Assembly (NCBI RefSeq): GCF_001194135.2
Contig: NC_069005.1
Coordinates: 30,687,015 to 30,745,547 of the forward strand
Direction of reading: 5' to 3'
From: Octopus bimaculoides
Taxonomy: Eukaryota
Length of the DNA stretch: 58,533 nucleotides
Each line of letters begins with the position of its first letter. Positions within the stretch are counted from its first letter, which is position 1. Positions 23,321 through 36,019 of this stretch are shown piece by piece. The translations under genes and the position numbers were made by a program. The notes beneath the pieces are model-generated. The model saw only the letters and a list, made by a program, of their open reading frames with translations. It was not told the origin of the DNA and ran no database searches.

Positions 23321-23924
23321 CTCTTTAACAGGTAAGATATTGGTTTCTCAGAGTGGCACAAGGTCATGAGTTTGGCAGGTAACATGTAATTCAATCCTCA
23401 TACACGACCGGTACCTTATTCTAACAATTCCGGAAGAATGAAAATTAGAATTGCGTGGCTTCAGCACAATCCACTCTGTTGCGAGTATTCTGGATGATGA
23501 GACTTTGTCGGTCTTTCCTTCCACATGTCGAAAGGCCTTGACAGAGAGAAGAAGACCAGAAAATCCCTCAGGGCAATGACCATGGAAATGCTTAAAGAAA
23601 AAGACACACTAAACATACATTTCAACATTGAGCCAAAGATGCCAAACTAATGAGTTCAAATCCCGAGGTTAACTTTGTCTTTCATCCTTTCAAGGTTGAT
23701 ATAAAAAAGCACTCATCCAAAGAGGTGGGTTAGCAGAAATGTTAGAGAGGGTCAGGTGAGACGCCCTGCAGAATCTGTTCTGGATCTTTGTGTTCTGACA
23801 GTTACAGACACCATTGGTGCCAAGCTCATGCTAGACGCACTTTCTCTTGGATGAAAATTGGTGGCATAGAGAAGGAAGAGCTGTATGAATGGGCAAGGGG
23901 TAAGTGTTCCTTTCAAAAATATCG

Positions 23925-24160
23925 AGCCTTGGCTTGTGCATAAAAATTCCAGTCTTCAGACGAAAACTTATCTGGCCATATGGAAACATTGACCTTGCTT
24001 AGCAACAAGGAATGGTTGGTGACAGGAAGGGCATCCAGCTGTGAAAAGCCTGCCTCAACAAAGTCAGCTTGACCCATGCAAAGCATGGAAAAGTGGATGT
24101 TAAATATTGATGACGATGATGATGATGACGATGATGATGATGATGATGATGATGACGATG
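23925..24160 (+). mobile_element. diverged subfamily of RTE-LINE-like 3' end with (GAT)n tail
   Basis: GGTTGGTGACAGGAAGGGCATCCAGCTG...GACCCATGCAAAGCATGGAAAAGTGGATGTTAA; related copy at 31830-32070 on the minus strand. Confidence 0.7.
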
Positions 24161-24635
24161 ACAATTCAACTGAATAAATGACCCAGAACATCTGTGGAAT
24201 GTAATATTTGTGATAAGTCTTTGACTGAGCCTTTGAAGTTTTGGTGATGGTAGCTAATTCATTAGTAGAACCTTGAAGTCACTGTCTCAAATTTATAACA
24301 CACACACACAGAAAATATGACCCATATCTCCTCTGTACTTAACCTTCGTCTTCACTCCCAACACCAGTACCATCATCATCATCATCATCACCACCACTTA
24401 CAACATTAACATTGCTACCCCTACCATTATTAGCCCCACCAACACATCTTCCCAACATGTCAACCCCACCCCCGCTTACTCCTCTCTCTCTCTATGTTGC
24501 CTCTCTCATAGAACTACTCTAACCACCACCAGAACACCAGCCCACCCTTGCTATCACCCCTTCCTTGCTAGCATCACCACCACCAGCACCACCACCACAA
24601 CTACTATCACTCACTATAACTTCACCACCCCCATC

Positions 24636-24668
<33 letters not shown>

Positions 24669-25184
24669 ACCACCACTNNNNNNNNNNNNNNNNNNNNNNN
24701 NNNNNNNNNNNNNNNNNNNNNNNNNNNNNNNNNNNNNNNNNNNNNNNNNNNNNNNNNNNNNNNNNNNNNNNNNNNNNNNNNNNNNNNNNNNNNNNNNACT
24801 GATGTCTCACTGATAAACCTTACTGAGACACAGAGTCAGAGTGTGTGTTTGTGTTAGGGCGGCAGAAGGGGAGGGCAGGAGGACCCATTGAGGTAAGCAG
24901 AGATAGGTGTGGAAAGGTGGGAAGGAGGTGACCTCATATCCATCACCACCACCAACATCATCATCATCATCATCATACACTCGGCTCCTCCTCCTAAAGG
25001 AGGTGAGGGGGTGGCTTCTGAGGCAGGGGTAGGGGGAACAGTGTGAGGAAATGGTATAAAGGTGAGGAAAGGCGGTGGGGGAAGGAGGTGGTGGTGGTGA
25101 TAAGAGGGGGAGGGGGTCGGGCAGGATGACTAGACAAGCTCATAGGTTGGTTCTCTCTTTCTCTCTCTCTTTTCTGTAAAGTGT

Positions 25185-25400
25185 GTATGTGACTTTGTAA
25201 ATGTGTGTGTGTATGTGTATGAGTGCATTTGTGTGTATATGTGTATGTATATGTGTATGTATACGAATGCATGTGCATGCCTATAGATGTAAGCTTCTGT
25301 ATCAGAGAGAGAGAGAGAGAGAGAACGAAAGAGAGACAGGACACATACACACACACACACTTCTATTTTGTGTATGTGTGTGAGAGAGAGAAAGAGCGCG

Positions 25401-25435
<35 letters not shown>

Positions 25436-25660
25436 ACGTGTATATGTATGAGAGAGAGAGTAGGAGACAGGGTGCAAGTTGTATGTGGTGTGTGTTTTGT
25501 ATGTGAATGTGCCTTTAGGCATGCATACTTCTATGTGAATGTAGGGGTACACGTATGCCAATCACCATATGTATGCATGTGTGTGTGTGTGTGTGTGTAC
25601 ATGTTAGTCTCGGTGTATTAGTGCTGCTGTATGTATGCATATGTTTTAGCATACACTAAT

Positions 25661-25695
<35 letters not shown>

Positions 25696-26403
25696 CTTGT
25701 CAATAAGTGCATGCGTGTGTGTGTGTGTGTGCGCACATATGTGTGAATGTGTGTCTATCCTTTGTAAGCTAAGAAAGAGTGTGTCTGTGTGTGTGTGCGT
25801 CTGTTTTTGTAAACAGAACAGTAAGAGTGTGTGTGTGTGTGTGAGAGACATTGTGTCTGTGTGCATGAGAGTAGAGAGTATACAAATGTGTGTGTGAACG
25901 TGTGTGTNNNNNNNNNNNNNNNNNNNNNNNNNNNNNNNNNNNNNNNNNNNNNNNNNNNNNNNNNNNNNNNNNNNNNNNNNNNNNNNNNNNNNNNNNNNNN
26001 NNNNNNNNNNNNNNNNNNNNNNNNNNNNNNNNNNNNNNNNNNNNNNNNNNNNNNNNNNNNNNNNNNNNNNNNNNNNNNNNNNNNNNNNNNNNNNNNNNNN
26101 NNNNNNNNNNNNNNNNNNNNNNNNNNNNNNNNNNNNNNNNNNNNNNNNNNNNNNNNNNNNNNNNNNNNNNNNNNNNNNNNNNNNNNNNNNNNNNNNNNNN
26201 NNNNNNNNNNNNNNNNNNNNNNNNNNNNNNNNNNNNNNNNNNNNNNNNNNNNNNNNNNNNNNNNNNNNNNNNNNNNNNNNNNNNNNNNNNNNNNNNNNNN
26301 NNNNNNNNNNNNNNNNNNNNNNNNNNNNNNNNNNNNNNNNNNNNNNNNNNNNNNNNNNNNNNNNNNNNNNCTGCAGAATTTCTTTATTGTTTACAAAGTG
26401 CAT

Positions 26404-26447
<44 letters not shown>

Positions 26448-26684
26448 TCATTCACAGAAACACAGGCATACTCTCTCACACACATATCCAGCATACACAC
26501 TGGTACATATCTGCACACACACACACACTGGCGTGCGCGCACAGACACACACACACACACACACACACACTGACACATACATGCATGCACATTTACACAC
26601 ACATACACACTGTTAGACACACACACACACACACCCACACATACTTGCACATACACACACGCTGACACGTACATACACATTGGT

Positions 26685-26721
<37 letters not shown>

Positions 26722-26970
26722 CACTGGCACTCACACATACACTCACAGACACTAGCACACGCATGCAGAGACACCCACATGCAGAGACGCACACATGCAG
26801 ACACACACACATACAGACTGGCCTTCACACACTTGCAAACACACACACACTTAATATAGATTATATCCCATATTTGTTTTCCAAAAACATGTAGAACTGC
26901 ATTTATGCTGACTTTACTCAAAGACAATATGCATGTGTGTGTTTGTGCGAATGTAAGCCAGTGTGTGTGA
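25185..26970. repeat. TG/CA-rich simple-sequence tract spanning N-gap 25908-26370
   Basis: Seen directly. Confidence 0.85.
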
Positions 26971-27939
26971 GGGTGTAAGTGTGCTTATGTGTGTAAGCGT
27001 GTACAAGTGCTAGTATACATTGCCATGGAAACTTTCTAACAATAATGGTTTCTAACTGGGAGACAGAACAAGGGGTTAAATAAAGGTTACCCAGTAATTA
27101 TCTAACTGACATTTGTTTTACCATACACCCTCCCTCCAACAAAGAATGAAAAGGCAAAATGACCCCGGTCAAATCTGAACTCAGAATGCAAGGCACACTG
27201 CCTAATCAGCCATCCACTATTCCACGGCCCAAAGTGTGATATTGTGTCTTGTATTAAGAGTTGAACCAGCAGTTTGGAGATAAACCTGTGATGCCCCCCA
27301 GGTTGTGCAGTTATGTTTTCAGTTGATGCTCTTTGGGTGCAAGAAGAACAAAATATAAGAGGGTCAGGTTACTTGGATATCTAAGAGGAAACGACTGCCA
27401 ACTGAAGGAGAACAGGGGGCCGGGGACTTGGGTGCTCAAAGACTAAGATTCTAAGATGAGATTCTAGAAAGGCTAAAGTGGGCAATGTGTTTATTTTAAA
27501 ACTCACTTTAAAAGAGACATGGTGGTTTTCCTACAATGGAGAAATTACAGAGGAAAAAAATATAAATATGTTACAGAAATATAAAAATAATCAAACAAAT
27601 AAATTGAATAAAAGTGAAAAAAAAAAACATAAATAAATAAAATAAATGGCAATAAAAATAAAATAAATTTATTTTTCATTTTTTGGTTAATACATAAAAA
27701 AATTGGAGGCGACAGATGGTGACCTGTGTTGGCAAGACTTAGTATTATTTACAAAAGTTAACAGAATGTACAAACACTGCTGTGGGGAATGGAAAATTCA
27801 ATGTTTCAGACAATGTTTCAAGGAAGAATTGATAGGAGAGAAATTAAAGAAAGGCAGCAGATTTTCACATCGTTTTTTGCATATATTTATACACAGAGGA
27901 GGTAAAACTCTGTCTTTCTTTAATTTCACCCTTGTCGAC

Positions 27940-27980
27940 TTTCCCTGAAGAAGGGCTGCCCAAAACATTGAAATGTTGAA
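27940..27980 (+). ncRNA. degenerate hammerhead-like motif (G12>A)
   Basis: CTGAAGA-A-GGG-CTG-CCC-AAA-ACATT-GA-AATGT-T. The core 5' half and helices II/III are recognisable; the catalytic G12 is mutated and helix I is weak. Confidence 0.4.
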
Positions 27981-28118
27981 TTTACTACTCCTCATGACAA
28001 TTTCACTGTACCCTTTTTGTCTAGATTAGGCAATGAGCAAACAAAAAAGATGAAACACCAAAGGGACAACTTTTAACAAATGCTGTATCAGTTTAATGCT
28101 TAAAAAGGAAGCAAAGTG

Positions 28119-28154
28119 TCTTGACATTTCGGACAAAAGTCTTTCATCAGAAAA
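28119..28154 (-). ncRNA. minimal type-I hammerhead motif, slightly decayed
   Basis: Minus strand: TTTT-CTGATGA-A-AGAC-TTTT-GTCC-GAA-ATGT-C-AAGA. Intact core and GUC triplet; ACGT palindrome decayed to ATGT (CpG change); one helix II mismatch. Confidence 0.6.
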
Positions 28155-28429
28155 AAAATAAATAACAGAATGGGAAGAATATAANNNNNNNNNNNNNNNN
28201 NNNNNNNNNNNNNNNNNNNNNNNNNNNNNNNNNNNNNNNNNNNNNNNNNNNNNNNNNNNNNNNNNNNNNNNNNNNNNNNNNNNNNNNNNNNNNNNNNNNN
28301 NNNNNNNNNNNNNNNNNNNNNNNNNNNNNNNNNNNNNNNNNNNNNNNNNNNNNNNGGGGAGAATTATTTTACCTGTTGACCTTTGGTATAAAAAAAATAA
28401 TAATAAAAGGATTTATATCACTGGATTGT

Positions 28430-28990
28430 AGAGTAGTGCTGACAGCTGTTGGGGGTTTGCAAGCTGATGGATTTGTGTGACACTACTACTAAAAGAGGAA
28501 AGATTTTAGGGGTTGCACTACTGAAAGCTGCTGGGTATACTTAGGGTTGTGAAATCAACTCTAATAACTGTTGGATTTGTAGAGTCATCAGTTGAGCAGC
28601 CACCACAGGAAGCACATGAGTTTGTATGATCACAACTAAAAGTGGGAGTTTGTATGGGTTCCCTACTAAAAACTGTTTGGTCTGCATGGAATTGTAAAAT
28701 TACTTCTGGTAGCTGTTGAGGTTGTAGGTCAAACTTTATAAGATGATGTGGATTTGGGGTCACTCTGACTGAAAGTATTTGGCTTGTAGGGTCAATGATG
28801 TCAGATTTTGGAAATTGTTGATTGTTGGGTTGTAAGGTAATCATCCTGAGCTGCTGAGATTTAGGGTCATCACAGGAAATTGCTGGATTTGTAGGGTCAC
28901 AACTATTAGGATGTAAGCACACTGATATTGGGTTAGGGCCTCACTGAAAGCTGTTGGCTTGTGGAGAATCACAATTTAGATCACAATGGG
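28430..28990. repeat. highly degenerate minisatellite, unit about 30 bp
   Basis: Recurring unit near ACTGAAAGCTGTTGGATTTGTAGGGTCACA, for example at about 28518, 28636, 28666, 28768, 28875 and 28943. Confidence 0.7.
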
Positions 28991-29179
28991 ATCTGTAATA
29001 TCTTGCAGTCATTATTATTAAATGCTAATAATAACACTGTATGTTCTCTTTAGTTGAAACACTGACAACCATAATGAGACTCATTTTGAAAGCAAAAACA
29101 TATATATACAGTAGCCATCATTTAATACTGCAAATAACAATGACATTTGTATGTGTGTGTGGGGGGGGGGGGTGTTACA

Positions 29180-29397
29180 TAACTTACTCCTCTAGCATTC
29201 AGATTATTTTTTCAAGTGCAATAATTATTATTCATACAGCTTTGGATTAATCATGCATTATCTCATAGCTTTGAGATTTCAATGATGTGATTGTTTATTT
29301 TTTTTTTTTAGAATGACATTATATGGTAGATGTGAAAGACCAGATCCTGCCAGTTTGAACATAAAATAGGTAGAATATTTGGGCCAGATATGGCCAG
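29180..29397. mobile_element. inverted, decayed copy of the piggyBac-like MITE at 2602
   Basis: CTCATAGCTTTGAGATTTCAATGATGTGATTGTTTATTT...TAGAATGACATT...GTTTGAACATAAAATAGGTAGAATATTTGGGCCAGATATGGC is the reverse complement of the 2602-2819 body. Confidence 0.75.
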
Positions 29398-30011
29398 GAA
29401 GGGAAGTGCCTATTGCCTTTTTCAGGGATTCTCAGAAGGATGGGAGAAAAGGGGAAAGTAATTGTAGGACAGCAGTTGTGGGGATAAAAATTTACGACAG
29501 AACAGTCTCTGCAAAAGAGAGCCAAGAGTGAAATGGTCAGGTTCAGCCAAGGGATGGATTAAGTGCTTGTGTCATTAGAAAGTGCTTATCGTCTGACAAG
29601 CAAGGATTTACAGCTGGAATTAGGGCATGTGTAATGGATTTGAAAGATTTACGACTCTGATTCATCTTCAAATATTTGCTTCCTTTCCATGAGAGAGGTT
29701 GGTTTGACTAAAGCTTAAAGGATACACCAAACAAAAACAACATCTACAACTGTTAAAACGACAGCAACAACTACAACTACAATAACAACAAAGTGAATGA
29801 GTAATAAGTTAATGAAGAAAATGGTGAAAATTGCCACTTGCTGTGTCTGCGACGTGTCAGATATTTCATTGCGAGTTCAAATGCGTGTAGGACTTACCTG
29901 AAAAATAAAATAAAACAAACAGATAAATATCAATAAAAAAAGAAATATGACTGAAAAAGTAATTTTAGCAATCATTAGAATATACAATGTAATCTCATAC
30001 ATACATGCATA

Positions 30012-30270
30012 CATCATCGTTTAGGGTCCATCTCCCATGTTGACATGGGTTGGATGGTTTAACAGGAGCTGGTAAACCAGAGAACGGTGCCAAGCTCCAC
30101 TGTCTGCTTTGGTATGGCATTTGCAGCTGGATACCATTCCTAACACCAACCACTTTACAGAGTGGAGTGTGTGCTATTTACTTGGCACCAGCACAAGCAA
30201 TGTCTGCTTTGGCATGGTTTGGTCTTTTTTACTGCTGGATGCCCTTCCTAATGTCAACCACTATACAGAG
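30012..30270 (-). mobile_element. RTE-LINE 3' end (family E) with internal duplication
   Basis: CCCATGTTGACATGGGTTGG...CAGCTGGATACCATTCCTAACACCAACCAC..., then a second GCTGGATGCCCTTCCTAATG. Confidence 0.75.
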
Positions 30271-30302
30271 TGTGTGTGTGTGTGTATTATATATATATAT
30301 GT

Positions 30303-30640
30303 GTGAAGGCATATGGCTCAGTGGTTAGAGCACCGAGCTTACGATCATGAGGTTGTGAGTTCGATTCCCGGACCAGGCTGCGTGTTATGTTCTTGAGCAA
30401 GACACTTTATTCTACATTGCTCCAGTTCACTCAGCTGTAGAAATGAGTTGCGACATCACAGGTGCCAAGCTGTATCGGCCCCTTTGCCTTTCCCTTGGAT
30501 AACATCAGTGATGTGAAGAGGGGAGGCTGGTATGCATGGGCAACTGTTGGTTTCCACAAACAACCTTGCCCAGACTTGTGCCTCGGAGGGTAACTTTCTA
30601 GGTGCAATCCCATGGTCATTTGTGACCGAAGGGGGGTCTC
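30303..30640 (+). mobile_element. tRNA-derived CORE-like SINE, family D, full length
   Basis: A box TGGCTCAGTGG, B box GTTCGATTCC, CORE-like GTTCTTGAGCAAGACACTTT...CTCAGCTGTAGAAATGAGT, 3' end GACCGAAGGGGGGTCTC. Second copy at 44261. Confidence 0.9.
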
Positions 30641-31116
30641 CTCCTCCTCATATATATATTATTTGTTTCTATGTTCAGTTATAATAAAAACAATTTCACA
30701 TTCATCTGATTACTCTATGCTTCTGTACAATGCATCGATGGCTTCGCTGGCTGAAACTTTGAAGTCACTGTCAACAACATTCTTATATAAGAATAATATA
30801 TATAAGTGGCAGTGGACTCAATATTCCAGCCATGACCAACTAATGGTCTAAGTGTATCTAATCCAATGTGTCCTTCCATTTTTAAGAAGGCAGAGTATGA
30901 TTCCAGATAGATTTGACTGTTATTTCTGGCAGATTGAGTGACTTGACTGAATAGAGGCTTTTTTGTTAAATTGGCTGGGTGGAGGTGGTGGAGGTAGTGT
31001 GTTGTTGTTGTTGTTGTTGATGGGGGAAGGCAAGGGTGGCTTGCCTTGTTGCTTCAGGTAGCATATGCTACATTTATGTTACCCCCAGTGGGTGGGACTA
31101 TTAAGGGTAAGAGCAA

Positions 31117-31188
<72 letters not shown>

Positions 31189-31829
31189 TGGCGACATAGA
31201 GAGAGAGAGAAAATGAGAGAAACACAAAGATGGATAGAAAGAGAGAGGGAAGCAGAGAATAGAGGGAGAGAGAAACAGAGACAGGAAGAGAGAAAGAGAG
31301 AGGATGAAAGATAGAAAAAGAAGAGAAACGCAGAGAGAGAGAGAGGGGGTGGGTGGGGGGAGCTCATCTCACACTAGGTTGGGTGTGGTGGGGGTGTTAG
31401 TTGCTTATGTTGAACATTTAAGAAGCTGAAGGTGATCTCAGGTAATTTAACAAGCCGCCAGCAATTAAAATAGGAGGGGGCCCACAACACACCTTCGTCT
31501 ACAACATCAACAACTTTGGGGAGAAATTAAAACCTCATTTAGGATACTCGCTGTGATGTGTGCGCGCATGCATGCGCGTGTGTGCGTGTGTCTATATGTA
31601 CAAACGCATCACAGCTAGTATCATAAACGAGCTTTCAATTTACATATATGTGTGTATGTATGTGTTACATACATGCATGGTGTTGTATGTGTGTGTGTGT
31701 GTGTGTGCATCAACATATGGTGTTCTGTGCATATCAATGTGTTGTTTTTAAAAGTATTCATGTCATTGTAATTGCTATCATTATCAGTGTTTTCAAAATG
31801 CCTTACACACACACACACACACACAACCA

Positions 31830-32070
31830 CCACCATCATCATCATCATGTTCACTTTCCATACTTGCATGGGTCGGATGGAATTTGTTGAGGTGGATTTT
31901 TATGAAGCTGGGTGCCTTTCCTGTCACTAACCTTCGTCTATTTCCAGACACCAAGGCCAGACATGTTTATGCAGAATGTTGCAAAATGAACAACACTGCT
32001 TGAATGACAGTGACACTCATTTACAACTGTCTCACAATGTCAAAACAAGGAGACACAAAACACACAAATG
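31830..32070 (-). mobile_element. diverged RTE-like 3' end, same subfamily as 23925
   Basis: (CAT)n then CACTTTCCATACTTGCATGGGTC...GCTGGGTGCCTTTCCTGTCACTAACC. Confidence 0.7.
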
Positions 32071-32090
32071 CACACACACCTATTTTTCTA

Positions 32091-32225
32091 TGATGGGCTT
32101 CTTTCAGTTTCCATCTACTCACAAGGCTTTTGAGCTACAGTAGAAGACACTTGGCTAAGGTGCAATGTAGTGGGACTGAACCTGAAAACATGTGATTGGG
32201 GGGCAAACACCACACAGCTATGGCA
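32091..32225 (-). mobile_element. SINE family A, 5' half
   Basis: GGGCTTCTTTCAGTTTCCATCTAC...GTAGAAGACACTTGG...GGGACTGAACC. Confidence 0.85.
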
Positions 32226-32259
32226 ACACATGACTATGTGTGTGTGTGTATGTATGTGT

Positions 32260-32294
<35 letters not shown>

Positions 32295-33026
32295 GATATA
32301 TGTACACATGTATGTGTGTATGTGTATCAAACTTTTGTCAAACAAATCAGGAAGAGAGAACTCAATACATATTCTAGAGTATATATATGGTTTCAATTAA
32401 CTGACTTGCTTTTTGTAACTTGCATTTCATGATCAGGATGACATGACACTCAAGCTATGAAAAATAGCTATATATATATANNNNNNNNNNNNNNNNNNNN
32501 NNNNNNNNNNNNNNNNNNNNNNNNNNNNNNNNNNNNNNNNNNNNNNNNNNNNNNNNNNNNNNNNNNNNNNNNNNNNNNNNNNNNNNNNNNCTGCTTGAAT
32601 GACAGTGACACTCATTTACAACTGTCTCACAATGTCAAAACAAGGAGACACAAAACACACAAGTGCACACGTTAGGTTTCCTCCATGTTATGTTAGTATT
32701 GTATTCCTCAAAAATCTTGGCATAATGTGGAATTCGGTAATACAAAACTCATTTTCTCTATTGACTTCCATGTCATGGCAAGATTTCCAAGAAAGCAAAC
32801 GTCTTTACTACAGGGGCGTGGGGGGGGGGGGGTGTACATGCATGCATTTATGCACAATCATTCACACATATGTACCTAAAAACACCTACACATACACATA
32901 TACACACACACACGAATATATAAACATATACATACAAACAATACACATACATACCCGTAAGTACATACATAAACACACTCACATATACACAAACTGTATA
33001 CATAAAGCACATACATAAATACATAC

Positions 33027-33059
<33 letters not shown>

Positions 33060-33390
33060 TACATGTATACATAAACACACATGCACACACAAATACATAT
33101 ATAGGTACATATATAATACTCACACATACATATATAAATATACACATATACACACAAATACATGCACACACATACACACACACAAACAACTCTGAAAATG
33201 AACCGCAGATTGCCAAACAATTCTTCTCACCTCTGCACAAAATGCTAATTACAGATGCCATAATGCAAGCTGCATCATGGATGGGATAAAGACGTGTCAT
33301 GGATGGCTCCCAAACACATCTTTCAATACAATCAACATATTATCACACATTATCATCATCATCATCATTATTATTATTATTATTATTATC

Positions 33391-33571
33391 AAGATGGCAG
33401 CTGACAAAATGCTTAGTGGCATTTCGGCTGCCTTTACGTTCTGAGTTCAAATTCTGCTTAGATCGACTTTGCCTTTCACCCTTTCGGGGTCAATAAATTA
33501 AGTACCAGTTGTGTACTGGGGTCGATGCAATCAATTTAACCCCCTCCCTTCAAATTTCAGGCCTTGTACCT
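33391..33571 (+). mobile_element. SINE family B
   Basis: GAGTTCAAATTC...GACTTTGCCTTTCACCCTTTCGGGGTCAATAAATTAAGTACCAG. Confidence 0.85.
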
Positions 33572-33574
33572 ATA

Positions 33575-33972
33575 TTCTTTTGTTTCAGTCATTGACTGTG
33601 GTCATGCTGGAGCACCGCCTTTGGTCAAGCAAATTGATCCCAGAACTTATTCTTTGTAAGCCTAGTACTTATTCTATCGGTCTCTTTTGCTGAACTGCTA
33701 AGTTATGGGGGCATAAACACACCACCATCGGTTGTCAAATGACGTTGGGGGGGGGGACACACAAACATATACACACACATACAGACACACAAACATACAT
33801 ATATATATATATATACAACAGGCTTCTTTTAGTTTCCGTCTACCAAATCCACTCACAAGGCTATGGTTGGCCCAAGACTATAATAGAAGACACTTGCGCA
33901 AGGTGCCATGCAGTGAGACTGAACCCAGAACCATGTGGTTGGTAAGCAAGCTTCTTACCACACACCCACTCC
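33575..33972 (-). mobile_element. SINE family A, full length with internal CA/TA microsatellite
   Basis: Same architecture as 52-466. Confidence 0.9.
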
Positions 33973-33998
33973 AGATTATTATTATTATTATTATTATC

Positions 33999-34227
33999 AG
34001 GGTGGCATGCTGGCAGAATTGTTAGCATGCCGGGCATACTGCTTAACTGCATTTAATCCATCTTCATGTTTTGAGTTCAAATTCTGCTGAGGCTGGCTTT
34101 GTCTTTCATCCTTTCAGGGTCGATAAATTAAGTACCAGTTCTGTACTGGGGATCAATCTAATCGACTAGTCCCCTCCCCAAAAATTTCGGGCCTTGTGCC
34201 GCCTAGAGTAGAAAATATCATTATTAT
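33999..34227 (+). mobile_element. SINE family B, full length
   Basis: GCTGGCAGAATTGTTAGC...GTCGATAAATTAAGTACCAG...GGCCTTGTGCC...AGTAGAAAA, then ATT tail running into a gap. Confidence 0.9.
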
Positions 34228-34360
34228 NNNNNNNNNNNNNNNNNNNNNNNNNNNNNNNNNNNNNNNNNNNNNNNNNNNNNNNNNNNNNNNNNNNNNNNNN
34301 NNNNNNNNNNNNNNNNNNNNNNNNNNNNNNNNNNNNNNNNNNNNNNNNNNNNNNNNNNNN

Positions 34361-34423
<63 letters not shown>

Positions 34424-34534
34424 CGTGTGTGTATGATGGCATGTATGAGTGCATCTGATTAAAAACAAATGAGAATTTATGTGTCGCTGCTATGCGTGTG
34501 TATGATTTTATGTGTGAGTGAGCATATGTGTATA

Positions 34535-34578
<44 letters not shown>

Positions 34579-35640
34579 GATTGATGTATATATACATGTC
34601 TGTGTGTGTGTGTGTTTGTGTACAATATGTGTGAAAAGACAAAAGAGAATGAGTGTGTGTGTGTGTGTGTGTGGAGAAAGAGAGAAGGCAGGTCAAGGTA
34701 GATGGTGAGACAGACAGACAGACAGACAAGTAGATACAGAACGATAGCAGCAGCAGCAGCAGTAATATATATTGATAAGTCAGCAATATTAGTCATAGTT
34801 AGAACAGAGGAGACCGAAATAACCAACTGGAATCTACTCTACATCATCACATCCAACATCATCATCACCATAACCATTGTCCTCCTCCTCATCAATAACA
34901 TTATCATCACAATCATCATGATCAATATCTCCATGACTTTTATCAACCTCATCATGTTCATCATCATCGTCATCATCATCATCGTCATCATCATCACTAC
35001 ATCATCATCATCATCGTCGTCTTCATTATCATCACTACATCATCATCATCTTCATTTCTATCATCACCACCACCACCACCATTATTTCTTTTTCTTTCCA
35101 GCGTTAGATGACCACATCTCCAGCAGCACCAAGTGCCCATTACCACAAAGAACGGAATCATCAGGGTCCCAAATGAGGGAACACTTTTCACGCAACAAAG
35201 GTCCACTATGTTGTAGCTTGATCAACTTGCTAGAAAAATAGCAGCTAAATCCCTCTGAAATTACCCACTCAACATCTTACAAAAAAAAAAAAAAAACGAT
35301 GCACAGGATAAATGTATCCTTAGATACTCCTAAGCAGGCAGGATGGTCATAACTGGAATTCTTTTGTTCATAGGTCTGCTCAATTAGCATTGCTTTGGGG
35401 GTCAAACAACAGATTTAGATGAGAAGGGTTCCAACTGGATCCTGACCAAAGTAGAATGGAAATGAATTCTAGAAGGCACAATTGGTGCCTTAGACTGAAC
35501 TGGTTGCAACACCCTGGGTACATTGGCTTTGGGGTACCCTAACCCATTAGCAATCAGATTACCCTGTCAAATGTAATGCTTATTGATTCACATTCTTTTG
35601 AATTAATCATTATCTTGTCACTTCAAGATTTTGACAATAT

Positions 35641-35960
35641 TCTTTTATTCTTTCATTCTGTTATTCTTTCATTCTGTTATTCTTTCATTCTTTTATTCTT
35701 TCATTCTGTTATTCTTTCATTCTTTTATTCTTTCATTCTGTTATTCTTTCATTCTGTTATTCTTTCATTCTTTTATTCTTTCATTCTGTTATTCTTTCAT
35801 TCTGTTATTCTTTCATTCTTTTATTCTTTCATTCTGTTATTCTTTCATTCTGTTATTCTTTCATTCTTTTATTCTTTGATTCTGTTATTCTTTCATTCTG
35901 TTATTCTTTCATTCTTTTATTCTTTCATTCTGTTATTCTTTCATTCTTTTATTCTTTTAC
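35641..35960. repeat. 16-bp minisatellite x20 with two variants and a higher-order pattern
   Basis: A=TCTGTTATTCTTTCAT, B=TCTTTTATTCTTTCAT; order BAA BA BAA BAA BAA BAA BA B. Confidence 0.95.
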
Positions 35961-36019
35961 TGGTTTCTGTTATCTTTTGTGACCAATGTAACACACATTG
36001 GGATGTTACTGAAGGTCTT

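Noticed and set aside
23410-23535. Possible minus-strand exon AFRHVEGKTDKVSSSRILATEW...
   Set aside because: Its apparent donor comes from a decayed family B SINE (ATAAGTACC motif); no recognisable domain.
28550-28590. Minus-strand CTGATGA-CTCT...AGAG
   Set aside because: Lacks the GAAA half of the core and lies within a minisatellite.
33225-33320. Minus-strand frame containing HDAAC, echoing the 18343 candidate exon
   Set aside because: A five-residue match with no further similarity and a weak acceptor; treated as coincidence.
35641-35960. Regular repeat array superficially like CRISPR
   Set aside because: Contiguous units with no unique spacers, in eukaryotic context.
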